Below are positions 35,901 to 48,900 of a stretch of 64,000 nucleotides of DNA, in pieces. The translations under genes were made by a program, and so were the position numbers. The notes beneath the pieces were generated by a model. That model saw only the letters and a program-made list of their open reading frames with translations, was not told the origin of the DNA and ran no database searches. Source of the stretch: Malacoraja senta (Eukaryota); NCBI GenBank assembly GCA_038087875.1, contig JAXLNO010000181.1, positions 1 through 64,000 on the forward strand, given 5' to 3'. Each line of letters starts with the position of its first letter. Positions within the stretch are counted from its first letter, which is position 1.

Positions 35901-38900
35901 AGCCAAAGCCAAAGCCAAAGCCTAAGCCTAAGCCTAAGCCTAAGCCTAAGCCTAAGCCTAAGCCTAAGCCTAAGCCTAAGCCTAAGCCTAAGCCTAAGCC
36001 TAAGCCTAAGCCTAAGCCTAAGCCTAAGCCTAAGCCTAAGCCTAAGCCTAAGCCTAAGCCTAAGCCTAAGCCTAAGCCTAAGCCTAAGCCTAAGCCTAAG
36101 CCAAAGCCAAAGCCAAAGCCAAAGCCAAAGCCAAAGCCAAAGCCAAAGCCAAAGCCAAAGCCTAAGCCAAAGCCAAAGCCAAAGCCAAAGCCAAAGCCAA
36201 AGCCAAAGCCAAAGCCAAAGCCAAAGCCAAAGCCTAAGCCAAAGCCAAAGCCAAAGCCTAAGCCTAAGCCTAAGCCAAAGCCAAAGCCTAAGCCTAAGCC
36301 TAAGCCAAAGCCAAAGCCAAAGCCAAAGCCAAAGCCAAAGCCAAAGCCAAAGCCAAAGCCAAAGCCAAAGCCTAAGCCAAAGCCAAAGCCAAAGCCAAAG
36401 CCTAAGCCTAAGCCAAAGCCAAAGCCTAAGCCTAAGCCAAAGCCAAAGCCAAAGCCTAAGCCAAAGCCAAAGCTAAAGCCAAAGCCAAAGCCTAAGCCAA
36501 AGCCAAAGCCTAAGCCAAAGCCAAAGCCAAAGCCTAAGCCAAAGCCAAAGCCAAAGCCAAAGCCAAAGCCAAAGCCTAAGCCAAAGCCAAAGCCAAAGCC
36601 AAAGCCAAAGCCTAAGCCAAAGCCAAAGCCAAAGCCAAAGCCAAAGCCAAAGCCAAAGCCAAAGCCAAAGCCAAAGCCAAAGCCAAAGCCAAAGCCAAAG
36701 CCAAAGCCAAAGCCAAAGCCAAAGCCAAAGCCAAAGCCAAAGCCAAAGCCAAAGCCAAAGCCAAAGCCAAAGCCAAAGCCAAAGCCAAAGCCAAAGCCAA
36801 AGCCAAAGCCAAAGCCAAAGCCAAAGCCAAAGCCAAAGCCAAAGCCAAAGCCAAAGCCAAAGCCAAAGCCAAAGCCAAAGCCAAAGCCAAAGCCAAAGCC
36901 AAAGCCAAAGCCAAAGCCAAAGCCAAAGCCAAAGCCAAAGCCAAAGCCAAAGCCAAAGCCAAAGCCAAAGCCAAAGCCAAAGCCAAAGCCAAAGCCAAAG
37001 CCAAAGCCAAAGCCAAAGCCAAAGCCAAAGCCAAAGCCAAAGCCAAAGCCAAAGCCAAAGCCAAAGCCAAAGCCAAAGCCAAAGCCAAAGCCAAGCCAAA
37101 GCCAAAGCCAAAGCCAAAGCCAAAGCCAAAGCCAAAGCCAAAGCCAAAGCCAAAGCCAAAGCCAAAGCCAAAGCCAAAGCCAAAGCCAAAGCCAAAGCCA
37201 AAGCCAAAGCCAAAGCCAAAGCCAAAGCCAAAGCCAAAGCCAAAGCCAAAGCCAAAGCCAAAGCCAAAGCCAAAGCCAAAGCCAAAGCCAAAGCCAAAGC
37301 CAAAGCCAAAGCCAAAGCCAAAGCCAAAGCCAAAGCCAAAGCCAAAGCCAAAGCCAAAGCCAAAGCCAAAGCCAAAGCCAAAGCCAAAGCCAAAGCCAAA
37401 GCCAAAGCCAAAGCCAAAGCCAAAGCCAAAGCCAAAGCCAAAGCCAAAGCCAAAGCCAAAGCCAAAGCCAAAGCCAAAGCAAAGCCAAAGCCAAAGCCAA
37501 AGCCAAAGCCAAAGCCAAAGCCAAAGCCAAAGCCAAAGCCAAAGCCAAAGCCAAAGCCAAAGCCAAAGCCAAAGCCAAAGCCAAAGCCAAAGCCAAAGCC
37601 AAAGCCAAAGCCAAAGCCAAAGCCAAAGCCAAAGCCAAAGCCAAAGCCAAAGCCAAAGCCAAAGCCAAAGCCAAAGCCAAAGCCAAAGCCAAAGCCAAAG
37701 CCAAAGCCAAAGCCAAAGCCAAAGCCAAAGCCAAAGCCAAAGCCAAAGCCAAAGCCAAAGCCAAAGCCAAAGCCAAAGCCAAAGCCAAAGCCAAAGCCAA
37801 AGCCAAAGCCAAAGCCAAAGCCAAAGCCAAAGCCAAAGCCAAAGCCAAAGCCAAAGCCAAAGCCAAAGCCAAAGCCAAAGCCAAAGCCAAAGCCAAAGCC
37901 AAAGCCAAAGCCAAAGCCAAAGCCAAAGCCAAAGCCAAAGCCTAAGCCTAAGCCTAAGCCTAAGCCTAAGCCTAAGCCTAAGCCTAAGCCAAAGCCAAAG
38001 CCAAAGCCAAAGCCAAAGCCAAAGCCAAAGCCAAAGCCAAAGCCAAAGCCAAAGCCAAAGCCAAAGCCAAAGCCAAAGCCAAAGCCAAAGCCAAAGCCAA
38101 AGCCAAAGCCAAAGCCAAAGCCAAAGCCAAAGCCAAAGCCAAAGCCAAAGCCAAAGCCAAAGCCAAAGCCAAAGCCAAAGCCAAAGCCAAAGCCAAAGCC
38201 AAAGCCAAAGCCAAAGCCAAAGCCAAAGCCTAAGCCTAAGCCTAAGCCTAAGCCTAAGCCTAAGCCTAAGCCTAAGCCTAAGCCTAAGCCTAAGCCTAAG
38301 CCTAAGCCTAAGCCTAAGCCTAAGCCTAAGCCTAAGCCTAAGCCTAAGCCTAAGCCTAAGCCTAAGCCTAAGCCTAAGCCTTAAGCCTAAGCCTAAGCCT
38401 AAGCCTAAGCCTAAGCCTAAGCCTAAGCCTAAGCCTAAGCCTAAGCCTAAGCCTAAGCCTAAGCCTAAGCCAAAGCCAAAGCCAAAGCCAAAGCCAAAGC
38501 CTAAGCCTAAGCCTAAGCCTAAGCCTAAGCCTAAGCCTAAGCCTAAGCCTAAGCCTAAGCCTAAGCCTAAGCCTAAGCCTAAGCCTAAGCCTAAGCCTAA
38601 GCCTAAGCCTAAGGCTAAGCCTAAGCCTAAGCCTAAGCCTAAGCCTAAGCCTAAGCCTAAGCCTAAGCCTAAGCCTAAGCCTAAGCCTAAGCCTAAGCCT
38701 AAGCCTAAGCCTAAGCCTAAGCCTAAGCCTAAACCTAAGCCTAAGCCTAAGCCTAAGCCTAAGCCTAAGCCTAAGCCTAAGCCAAAGCCAAAGCCAAAGC
38801 CAAAGCCAAAGCCAAAGCCAAAGCCAAAGCCAAAGCCAAAGCCAAAGCCAAAGCCTAAGCCTAAGCCAAAGCCAAAGCCTAAGCCAAAGCCTAAGCCAAA

Positions 38901-40864
38901 GCCAAAGCCAAAGCCAAAGCCAAAGCCAAAGCCAAAGCCAAAGCCAAAGCCAAAGCCTAAGCCCAAAGCCAAAGCCAAAGCCTAAGCCAAAGCCAAAGCC
39001 AAAGCCAAAGCCAAAGCCAAAGCCAAAGCCAAAGCCAAAGCCTAAGCCAAAGCCAAAGCCTAAGCCAAAGCCAAAGCCAAAGCCTAAGCCAAAGCTAAAG
39101 CCAAAGCCAAAGCCAAAGCCTAAGCCTAAGCCAAAGCCAAAGCCAAAGCCAAAGCCAAAGCCAAAGCCAAAGCCAAAGCCAAAGCCAAAGCCAAAGCCAA
39201 AGCCAAAGCCAAAGCCAAAGCCAAAGCCAAAGCCAAAGCCAAAGCCAAAGCCAAAGCCAAAGCCAAAGCCAAAGCCAAAGCCAAAGCCAAAAACAAAGCC
39301 AAAGCCAAAGCCAAAGCCAAAGCCAAAGCCAAAGCCAAAGCCAAAGCCAAAGCCAAAGCCAAAGCCAAAGCCAAAGCCAAAGCCATAGCCAAAGCCAAAG
39401 CCAAAGCCAAAGCCAAAGCCAAAGCCAAAGCCAAAGCCAAAGCCAAAGCCAAAGCCAAAGCCAAAGCCAAAGCCAAAGCCAAAGCCAAAGCCAAAGCCAA
39501 AGCCAAAGCCAAAGCCAAAGCCAAAGCCAAAGCCAAAGCCAAAGCCAAAGCCAAAGCCAAAGCCAAAGCCAAAGCCAAAGCCAAAGCCAAAGCCAAAGCC
39601 AAAGCCAAAGCCAAAGCCAAAGCCAAAGCCAAAGCCAAAGCCAAAGCCAAAGCCAAAGCCAAAGCCAAAGCCAAAGCCAAAGCCTAAGCCAAAGCCAAAT
39701 CCAAAGCCAAAGCCAAAGCCTAAGCCAAAGCCAAAGCCAAAGCCAAAGCCAAAGCCAAAGCCAAAGCCAAAGCCAAAGCCAAAGCCAAAGCCAAAGCCAA
39801 AGCCAAAGCCAAAGCCAAAGCCAAAGCCAAAGCCAAAGCCAAAGCCAAAGCCAAAGCCAAAGCCAAAGCCAAAGCCAAAGCCAAAGCCAAAGCCAAAGCC
39901 AAAGCCAAAGCCAAAGCCAAAGCCAAAGCCAAAGCCTAAGCCTAAGCCTAAGCCTAAGCCTAAGCCTAAGCCTAAGCCTAAGCCTAAGCCTAAGCCTAAG
40001 CCTAAGCCTAAGCCAAAGCCTAAGCCTAAGCCTAAGCCTAAGCCAAAGCCTAAGCCTAAGCCAAAGCCAAAGCCAAAGCCAAAGCCAAAGCCAAAGCCAA
40101 AGCCAAAGCCAAAGCCAAAGCCAAAGCCAAAGCCAAAGCCAAAGCCAAAGCCAAAGCCAAAGCCAAAGCCAAAGCCAAAGCCTAAGCCTAAGCCTAAGCC
40201 TAAGCCTAAGCCTAAGCCTAAGCCTAAGCCTAAGCCTAAGCCTAAGCCTAAGCCTAAGCCTAAGCCTAAGCCTAAGCCTAAGCCTAAGCCTAAGCCTAAG
40301 CCTAAGCCTAAGCCTAAGCCTAAGCCTAAGCCTAAGCCTAAAGCCAAAGCCAAAGCCAAAGCCAAAGCCAAAGCCAAAGCCAAAGCCAAAACCAAAGCCT
40401 AAGCCAAAGCCAAAGCCAAAGCCAAAGCCAAAGCCAAAGCCAAAGCCAAAGCCAAAGCCAAAGCCAAAGCCTAAGCCAAAGCCAAAGCCAAAGCCTAAGC
40501 CTAAGCCTAAGCCAAAGCCTAAGCCAAAGCCAAAGCCAAAGCCTAGCCTAAGCCTAAGCCAAAGCCAAAGCCTAAGCCTAAGCCAAAGCCAAAGCCAAAG
40601 CCAAAGCCAAAGCCAAAGCCAAAGCCAAAGCCAAAGCCAAAGCCAAAGCCAAAGCCTAAGCCAAAGCCAAAGCCAAAGCCAAAGCCTAAGCCTAAGCCAA
40701 AGCCAAAGCCTAAGCCTAAGCCAAAGCCAAAGCCAAAGCCTAACCAAAGCCAAAGCTAAAGCCAAAGCCAAAGACTAAGCCAAAGCCAAAGCCTAAGCCA
40801 AAGCCAAAGCCAAAGCCTAAGCCAAAGCCAAAGCCAAAGCCAAAGCCAAAGCCAAAGCCTAAGC

Positions 40865-42949
40865 CAAAGCCAAAGCCAAAGCCAAAGCCAAAAGCCAAGC
40901 CAAAGCCAAAGCCAAAGCCAAAGCCAAAGCCAAAGCCAAAGCCAAAGCCAAAGCCAAAGCCAAAGCCAAAGCCAAAGCCAAAGCCAAAGCCAAAGCCAAA
41001 GCCAAAGCCAAAGCCAAAGCCAAAGCCAAAGCCAAAGCCAAAGCCAAAGCCAAAGCCAAAGCCAAAGCCAAAGCCAAAGCCAAAGCCAAAGCCAAAGCCA
41101 AAGCCAAAGCCAAAGCCAAAGCCAAAGCCAAAGCCAAAGCCAAAGCCAAAGCCAAAGCCAAAGCCAAAGCCAAAGCCAAAGCCAAAGCCAAAGCCAAAGC
41201 CAAAGCCAAAGCCAAAGCCAAAGCCAAAGCCAAAGCCAAAGCCAAAGCCAAAGCCAAAGCCAAAGCCAAAGCCAAAGCCAAAGCCAAAGCCAAAGCCAAA
41301 GCCAAAGCCAAAGCCAAAGCCAAAGCCAAAGCCAAAGCCAAAGCCAAAGCCAAAGCCAAAGCCAAAGCCAAAGCCAAAGCCAAAGCCAAAGCCAAAGCCA
41401 AAGCCAAAGCCAAAGCCAAAGCCAAAGCCAAAGCCAAAGCCAAAGCCAAAGCCAAAGCCAAAGCCAAAGCCAAAGCCAAAGCCAAAGCCAAAGCCAAAGC
41501 CAAAGCCAAAGCCAAAGCCAAAGCCAAAGCCAAAGCCAAAGCCAAAGCCAAAGCCAAAGCCAAAGCCAAAGCCAAAGCCAAAGCCAAAGCCAAAGCCAAA
41601 GCCAAAGCCAAAGCCAAAGCCAAAGCCAAAGCCAAAGCCAAAGCCAAAGCCAAAGCCAAAGCCAAAGCCAAAGCCAAAGCCAAAGCCAAAGCCAAAGCCA
41701 AAGCCAAAGCCAAAGCCAAAGCCAAAGCCAAAGCCAAAGCCAAAGCCAAAGCCAAAGCCAAAGCCAAAGCCAAAGCCAAAGCCAAAGCCAAAGCCAAAGC
41801 CAAAGCCAAAGCCAAAGCCAAAGCCAAAGCCAAAGCCAAAGCCAAAGCCAAAGCCAAAGCCAAAGCCAAAGCCAAAGCCAAAGCCAAAGCCAAAGCCAAA
41901 GCCAAAGCCAAAGCCAAAGCCAAAGCCAAAGCCAAAGCCAAAGCCAAAGCCAAAGCCAAAGCCAAAGCCAAAGCCAAAGCCAAAGCCAAAGCCAAAGCCA
42001 AAGCCAAAGCCAAAGCCAAAGCCAAAGCCAAAGCCAAAGCCAAAGCCAAAGCCAAAGCCAAAGCCAAAGCCAAAGCCAAAGCCAAAGCCAAAGCCAAAGC
42101 CAAAGCCAAAGCCAAAGCCAAAGCCTAAGCCTAAGCCAAAGCCAAAGCCAAAGCCAAAGCCAAAGCCAAAGCCAAAGCCAAAGCCAAAGCCAAAGCCAAA
42201 GCCAAAGCCAAAGCCAAAGCCAAAGCCAAAGCCAAAGCCAAAGCCAAAGCCAAAGCCAAAGCCAAAGCCAAAGCCAAAGCCAAAGCCAAAGCCAAAGCCA
42301 AAGCCAAAGCCAAAGCCAAAGCCAAAGCCAAAGCCAAAGCCAAAGCCAAAGCCAAAGCCAAAGCCAAAGCCAAAGCCAAAGCCAAAGCCAAAGCCAAAGC
42401 CAAAGCCAAAGCCAAAGCCAAAGCCAAAGCCAAAGCCAAAGCCAAAGCCAAAGCCAAAGCCAAAGCCAAAGCCAAAGCCAAAGCCAAAGCCAAAGCCAAA
42501 GCCAAAGCCAAAGCCAAAGCCAAAGCCAAAGCCAAAGCCAAAGCCAAAGCCAAAGCCAAAGCCAAAGCCAAAGCCAAAGCCAAAGCCAAAGCCAAAGCCA
42601 AAGCCAAAGCCAAAGCCAAAGCCAAAGCCAAAGCCAAAGCAAAGCCAAAGCCAAAGCCAAAGCCAAAGCCAAAGCCAAAGCCAAAGCCAAAGCCAAAGCC
42701 AAAGCCAAAGCCAAAGCCAAAGCCAAAGCCAAAGCCAAAGCCAAAGCCAAAGCCAAAGCCAAAGCCAAAGCCAAAGCCAAAGCCAAAGCCAAAGCCAAAG
42801 CCAAAGCCAAAGCCAAAGCCAAAGCCAAAGCCAAAGCCAAAGCCAAAGCCAAAGCCAAAGCCAAAGCCAAAGCCAAAGCCAAAGCCAAAGCCAAAGCCAA
42901 AGCCAAAGCCAAAGCCAAAGCCAAAGCCAAAGCCAAAGCCAAAGCCAAA
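40865..42949 (-). repeat. Longest GCCAAA (TTTGGC) variant domain, about 2.1 kb
   Basis: Essentially pure GCCAAA, interrupted only by a GCCTAA doublet at about 42123-42134 and a few single-base indels. Confidence 0.92.
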
Positions 42950-45900
42950 GCCTAAGCCTAAGCCTAAGACTAAGCCTAAGCCTAAGCCTAAGCCTAAGCC
43001 TAAGCCTAAGCCTAAGCCTAAGCCTAAGCCTAAGCCTAAGCCTAAGCCTAAGCCTAAGCCTAAGCCTAAGCCTAAGCCTAAGCCTAAGCCTAAGCCTAAG
43101 CCAAAGCCAAAGCCAAATCCAAAGCCAAAGCCAAAGCCTAAGCCAAAGCCAAAGCCAAAGCCAAAGCCAACACCTAAGCCAAAGCCTAAGCCAAAGCCAA
43201 AGCCAAAGCCAAAGCCAAAGCCAAAGCCAAAGCCAAAGCCAAAGCCTAAGCCAAAGCCTAAGCCTAAGCCAAAGCCAAAGCCAAAGCCTTAGCCAAAGCC
43301 TAAGCCAAAGCCTAAGCCAAAGCCTAAGCCAAAGCCTAAGCCAAAGCCAAAGCCTAAGCCAAAGCCAAAGCCAAAGCCAAAGCCAAAGCCAAAGCCAAAG
43401 CCAAAGCCAAAGCCAAAGCCAAAGCCAAAGCCAAAGCCAAAGCCAACGCCTAAGCCAAAGCCTAAGCCAAAGCCAAAGCCAAAGCCAAAGCCAAAGCCAA
43501 AGCCAAAGCCAAAGCCAAAGCCAAAGCCAAAGCCTAAGCCTAAGCCAAAGCCAAAGCCAAAGCCTAAGCCAAAGCCTAAGCCAAAGCCTAAGCCAAAGCC
43601 TAAGCCAAAGCCTAAGCCAAAGCCAAAGCCAAAGCCTAAGCCAAAGCCAAAGCCAAAGCCAAAGCCAAAGCCAAAGCCAAAGCCAAAGCCAAAGCCAAAG
43701 CCAAAGCCAAAGCCAAAGCCAAAGCCAAAGCCAAAGCCAAAGCCAAAGCCAAAGCCAAAGCCAAAGCCAAAGCCAAAGCCAAAGCCAAAGCCAAAGCCAA
43801 AGCCAAAGCCAAAGCCAAAGCCAAAGCCAAAGCCAAAGCCAAAGCCAAAGCCAAAGCCAAAGCCAAAGCCAAAGCCAAAGCCAAAGCCAAAGCCAAAGCC
43901 AAAGCCTAAGCCAAAGCCAAAGCCAAAGCCAAAGCCAAAGCCTAAGCCTAAGCCAAAGCCAAAGCCTAAGCCAAAGCCAAAGCCAAAGCCAAAGCCAAAG
44001 CCAAAGCCAAAGCCAATGCCAAAGCCAAAGCCAAAGCCAAAGCCAAAGCCAAAGCCAAAGCCAAAGCCAAAGCCAAAGCCAAAGCCAAAGCCAAAGCCAA
44101 AGCCAAAGCCAAAGCCAAAGCCAAAGCCAAAGCCAAAGCCAAAGCCAAAGCCAAAGCCAAAGCCAAAGCCAAAGCCAAAGCCAAAGCCAAAGCCAAAGCC
44201 AAAGCCAAAGCCAAAGCCAAAGCCAAAGCCAAAGCCAAAGCCAAAGCCAAAGCCAAAGCCAAAGCCAAAGCCAAAGCCAAAGCCAAAGCCTAAGCCTAAG
44301 CCTAAGCCTAAGCCTAAGCCTAAACCTAAGCCTAAGCCTAAGCCTAAGCCTAAGCCTAAGCCTAAGCCTAAGCCTAAGCCTAAGCCTAAGCCTAAGCCTA
44401 AGCCTAAGCCTAAGCCTAAGCCTAAGCCTAAGCCTAAGCCTAAGCCTAAGCCAAAGCCAAAGCCAAAGCCAAAGCCAAAGCCTAAGCCTAAGCCTAAGCC
44501 TAAGCCTAAGCCTAAGCCAAAGCCAAAGCCAAAGCCAAAGCCTAAGCCTAAGCCTAAGCCTAAGCCTAAGCATAAGCCTAAGCCTAAGCCTAAGTCTAAG
44601 CCAAAGCCAAAGCCAAAGCCTAAGCCTAAGCCTAAGCCTAAGCCTAAGCCTAAGCCTAAGCCTAAGCCTAAGCCTAAGCCTAAACCTAAGCCTAAGCCTA
44701 AGCCTAAGCCAAAGCCAAAGCCAAAGCCAAAGCCAAAGCCAAAGCCAAAGCCAAAGCCAAAGCCAAAGCCAAAGCCAAAGCCAAAGCCAAAGCCAAAGCC
44801 AAAGCCAAAGCCAAAGCCAAAGCCAAAGCCAAAGCCAAAGCCAAAGCCAAAGCCAAAGCCAAAGCCAAAGCCAAAGCCAAAGCCAAAGCCAAAGCCAAAG
44901 CCAAAGCCAAAGCCAAATCCAAAGCCAAAGCCAAAGCCAAAGCCAAAGCCAAAGCCAAAGCCAAAGCCAAAGCCAAAGCCAAAGCCAAAGCCAAAGCCAA
45001 AGCCAAAGCCAAAGCCAAAGCCAAAGCCAAAGCCAAAGCCAAAGCCAAAGCCAAAGCCAAAGCCAAAGCCAAAGCCAAAGCCAAAGCCAAAGCCAAAGCC
45101 AAAGCCAAAGCCAAAGCCAAAGCCAAAGCCAAAGCCAAAGACAAAGCCAAAGCCAAAGCCAAAGCCAAAGCCAAAGCCAAAGCCAAAGCCAAAGCCAAAG
45201 CCAAAGCCAAAGCCAAAGCCAAAGCCAAAGCCAAAGCCAAAGCCAAAGCCAAAGCCAAAGCCAAAGCCAAAGCCAAAGCCAAAGCCAAAGCCAAAGCCAA
45301 AGCCAAAGCCAAAGCCAAAGCCAAAGCCAAAGCCAAAGCCAAAGCCAAAGCCAAAGCCAAAGCCAAAGCCAAAGCCAAAGCCAAAGCCAAAGCCAAAGCC
45401 AAAGCCAAAGCCAAAGCCAAAGCCAAAGCCAAAGCCAAAGCCAAAGCCAAAGCCAAAGCCAAAGCCAAAGCCAAAGCCAAAGCCAAAGCCAAAGCCAAAG
45501 CCAAAGCCAAAGCCTAAGCCTAAGCCTAAGCCTAAGCCTAAGCCTAAGCCTAAGCCAAAGCCTAAGCCTAAGCCTAAGCCAAAGCCTAAGCCTAAGCCTA
45601 AGCCAAAGCCTAAGCCTAAGCCTAAGCCAAAGCCTAAGCCTAAGCCAAAGCCTAAGCCTAAGCCTAAGCCTAAGCCTAAGCCTAAGCCTAAGCCTAAGCC
45701 TAAGCCGAAGCCTAAGCCTAAGCCTAAGCCTAAGCCTAAGCCTAAGCCTAAGCCTAAGCCTAAGCCTAAGCCTAAGCCTAAGCCTAAGCCTAAGCCTAAG
45801 CCTAAGCCAAAGCCAAAGCCAAAGCCAAAGCCAAAGCCAAAGCCAAAGCCAAAGCCAAAGCCAAAGCCAAAGCCAAAGCCAAAGCCAAAGCCAAAGCCAA

Positions 45901-48900
45901 AGCCAAAGCCAAAGCCAAAGCCAAAGCCAAAGCCAAAGCCAAAGCCAAAGCCAAAGCCAAAGCCAAAGCCAAAGCCAAAGCCAAAGCCAAAGCCAAAGCC
46001 AAAGCCAAAGCCAAAGCCAAAGCCAAAGCCAAAGCCAAAGCCAAAGCCAAAGCCAAAGCCAAAGCCAAAGCCAAAGCCAAAGCCAAAGCCAAAGCCAAAG
46101 CCAAAGCCAAAGCCAAAGCCAAAGCCAAAGCCAAAGCCAAAGCCAAAGCCAAAGCCAAAGCCACCAAAGCCAAAGCCAAAGCCAAAGCCAAAGCCAAAGC
46201 CAAAGCCAAAGCCAAAGCCAAAGCCAAAGCCAAAGCCAAAGCCAAAGCCAAAGCCAAAGCCAAAGCCAAAGCCAAAGCCAAAGCCAAAGCCAAAGCCAAA
46301 GCCAAAGCCAAAGCCAAAGCCAAAGCCAAAGCCAAAGCCAAAGCCAAAGCCAAAGCCAAAGCCAAAGCCAAAGCCAAAGCCAAAGCCAAAGCCAAAGCCA
46401 AAGCCAAAGCCAAAGCCAAAGCCAAAGCCAAAGCCAAAGCCAAAGCCAAAGCCAAAGCCAAAGCCAAAGCCAAAGCCAAAGCCAAAGCCAAAGCCAAAGC
46501 CAAAGCCAAAGCCAAAGCCAAAGCCAAAGCCAAAGCCAAAGCCAAAGCCAAAGCCAAAGCCAAAGCCAAAGCCAAAGCCAAAGCCAAAGCCAAAGCCAAA
46601 GCCAAAGCCAAAGCCAAAGCCAAAGCCAAAGCCAAAGCCAAAGCCAAAGCCAAAGCCAAAGCCAAAGCCAAAGCCAAAGCCAAAGCCAAAGCCAAAGCCA
46701 AAGCCAAAGCCAAAGCCAAAGCCAAAGCCAAAGCCAAAGCCAAAGCCAAAGCCAAAGCCAAAGCCAAAGCCAAAGCCAAAGCCAAAGCCAAAGCCAAAGC
46801 CAAAGCCAAAGCCAAAGCCAAAGCCAAAGCCAAAGCCAAAGCCAAAGCCAAAGCCAAAGCCAAAGCCAAAGCCAAAGCCAAAGCCAAAGCCAAAGCCAAA
46901 GCCAAAGCCAAAGCCAAAGCCAAAGCCAAAGCCAAAGCCAAAGCCAAAGCCAAAGCCAAAGCCAAAGCCAAAGTCAAAGCCAAAGCCAAAGCCAAAGCCA
47001 AAGCCAAAGCCAAAGCCAAAGCCAAAGCCAAAGCCAAAGCCAAAGCCAAAGCCAAAGCCAAAGCCAAAGCCAAAGCCAAAGCCAAAGCCAAAGCCAAAGC
47101 CAAAGCCAAAGCCAAAGCCAAAGCCAAAGCCAAAGCCAAAGCCAAAGCCAAAGCCAAAGCCAAAGCCAAAGCCAAAGCCAAAGCCAAAGCCAAAGCCAAA
47201 GCCAAAGCCAAAGCCAAAGCCAAAGCCAAAGCCAAAGCCAAAGCCAAAGCCAAAGCCAAAGCCAAAGCCAAAGCCAAAGCCAAAGCCAAAGCCAAAGCCA
47301 AAGCCAAAGCCAAAGCCAAAGCCAAAGCCAAAGCCAAAGCCAAAGCCAAAGCCAAAGCCAAAGCCAAAGCCAAAGCCAAAGCCAAAGCCTAAGCCTAAGC
47401 CTAAGCCTAAGCCTAAGCCTAAGCCTAAGCCTAAGCCTAAGCCTAAGCCTAAGCCTAAGCCTAAGCCTAAGCCTAAGCCTAAGCCTAAGCCTAAGCCTAA
47501 GCCTAAGCCTAAGCCTAAGCCAAAGCCAAAGCCAAAGCCAAAGCCAAAGCCTAAGCCTAAGCCTAAGCCAAAGCCAAAGCCAAAGCCTAAGCCTAAGCCT
47601 AAGCCTAAGCCTAAGCCTAAGCCTAAGCCTAAGCCTAAGCATAAGCCTAAGCCTAAGCCTAAGCCTAAGCCTAAGCCAAAGCCAAAGCCTAAGCCTAAGC
47701 CTAAGCCTAAGCCTAAGCCTAAGCCTAAGCCTAAGCCTAAGCCTAAGCCTAAGCCTAAGCCAAAGCCTAAGCCTAAGCCAAAGCCTAAGCCTAAGCCTAA
47801 GCCTAAGCCTAAGCCTAAGCCTAAGCCTAAGCCTAAGCCTAAGCCTAAGCCTAAGCCTAAGCCTAAGCCTAAGCCTAAGCCTAAGCCTAAGCCTAAGCCT
47901 AAGCCTAAGCCTAAGCCTAAGCCTAAGCCTAAGCCTAAGCCTAAGCCTAAGCCTAAGCCTAAGCCTAAGCCAAAGCCAAAGCCAAAGCCAAAGCCAAAGC
48001 CAAAGCCAAAGCCAAAGCCAAAGCCAAAGCCAAAGCCAAAGCCTAAGCCAAAGCCTAAGCCTAAGCCAAAGCCTAAGCCTAAGCCTAAGCCTAAGCCTAA
48101 GCCTAAGCCTAAGCCTAAGACTAAGACTAAGACTAAGCCTAAGCCTAAGCCTAAGCCTAAGCCTAAGCCTAAGACTAAGACTAAGCCTAAGCCTAAGCCT
48201 AAGCCTAAGCCTAAGCCTAAGCCTAAGCCTAAGCCTAAGCCTAAGCCTAAGCCTAAGCCTAAGCCAAAGCCTAAGCCTAAGCCAAAGCCAAAGCCAAAGC
48301 CAAAGCCAAAGCCAAAGCCAAAGCCAAAGCCAAAGCCAAAGCCAAAGCCAAAGCCAAAGCCAAAGCCAAAGCCAAAGCCAAAGCCAAAGCCAAAGCCAAA
48401 GCCAAAGCCAAAGCCAAAGCCAAAGCCAAAGCCAAAGCCTAAGCCTAAGCCTAAGCCTAAGCCTAAGCCTAAGCCTAAGCCTAAGCCTAAGCCTAAGCCT
48501 AAGCCTAAGCCTAAGACTAAGACTAAGCCTAAGCCAAAGCCTAAGCCAAAGCCTAAGCCTAAGCCTAAGCCAAAGCCTAAGCCTAAGCCAAAGCCAAAGC
48601 CAAAGCCAAAGCCAAAGCCAAAGCCAAAGCCAAAGCCAAAGCCAAAGCCAAAGCCAAAGCCAAAGCCAAAGCCAAAGCCAAAGCCAAAGCCAAAGCCAAA
48701 GCCAAAGCCAAAGCCAAAGCCAAAGCCAAAGCCAAAGCCAAAGCCAAAGCCAAAGCCAAAGCCAAAGCCAAAGCCAAAGCCAAAGCCAAAGCCAAAGCCA
48801 AAGCCAAAGCCAAAGCCAAAGCCAAAGCCAAAGCCAAAGCCAAAGCCAAAGCCAAAGCCAAAGCCAAAGCCAAAGCCAAAGCCAAAGCCAAAGCCAAAGC

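Noticed and set aside
44288..47760. Possible ~3.07 kb duplication (GCATAA at 44570 and 47639 with similar T/A pattern)
   Set aside because: Only one shared rare marker and loosely matching block counts, and the intervening sequence does not clearly align. It may be an older copy but was not called.
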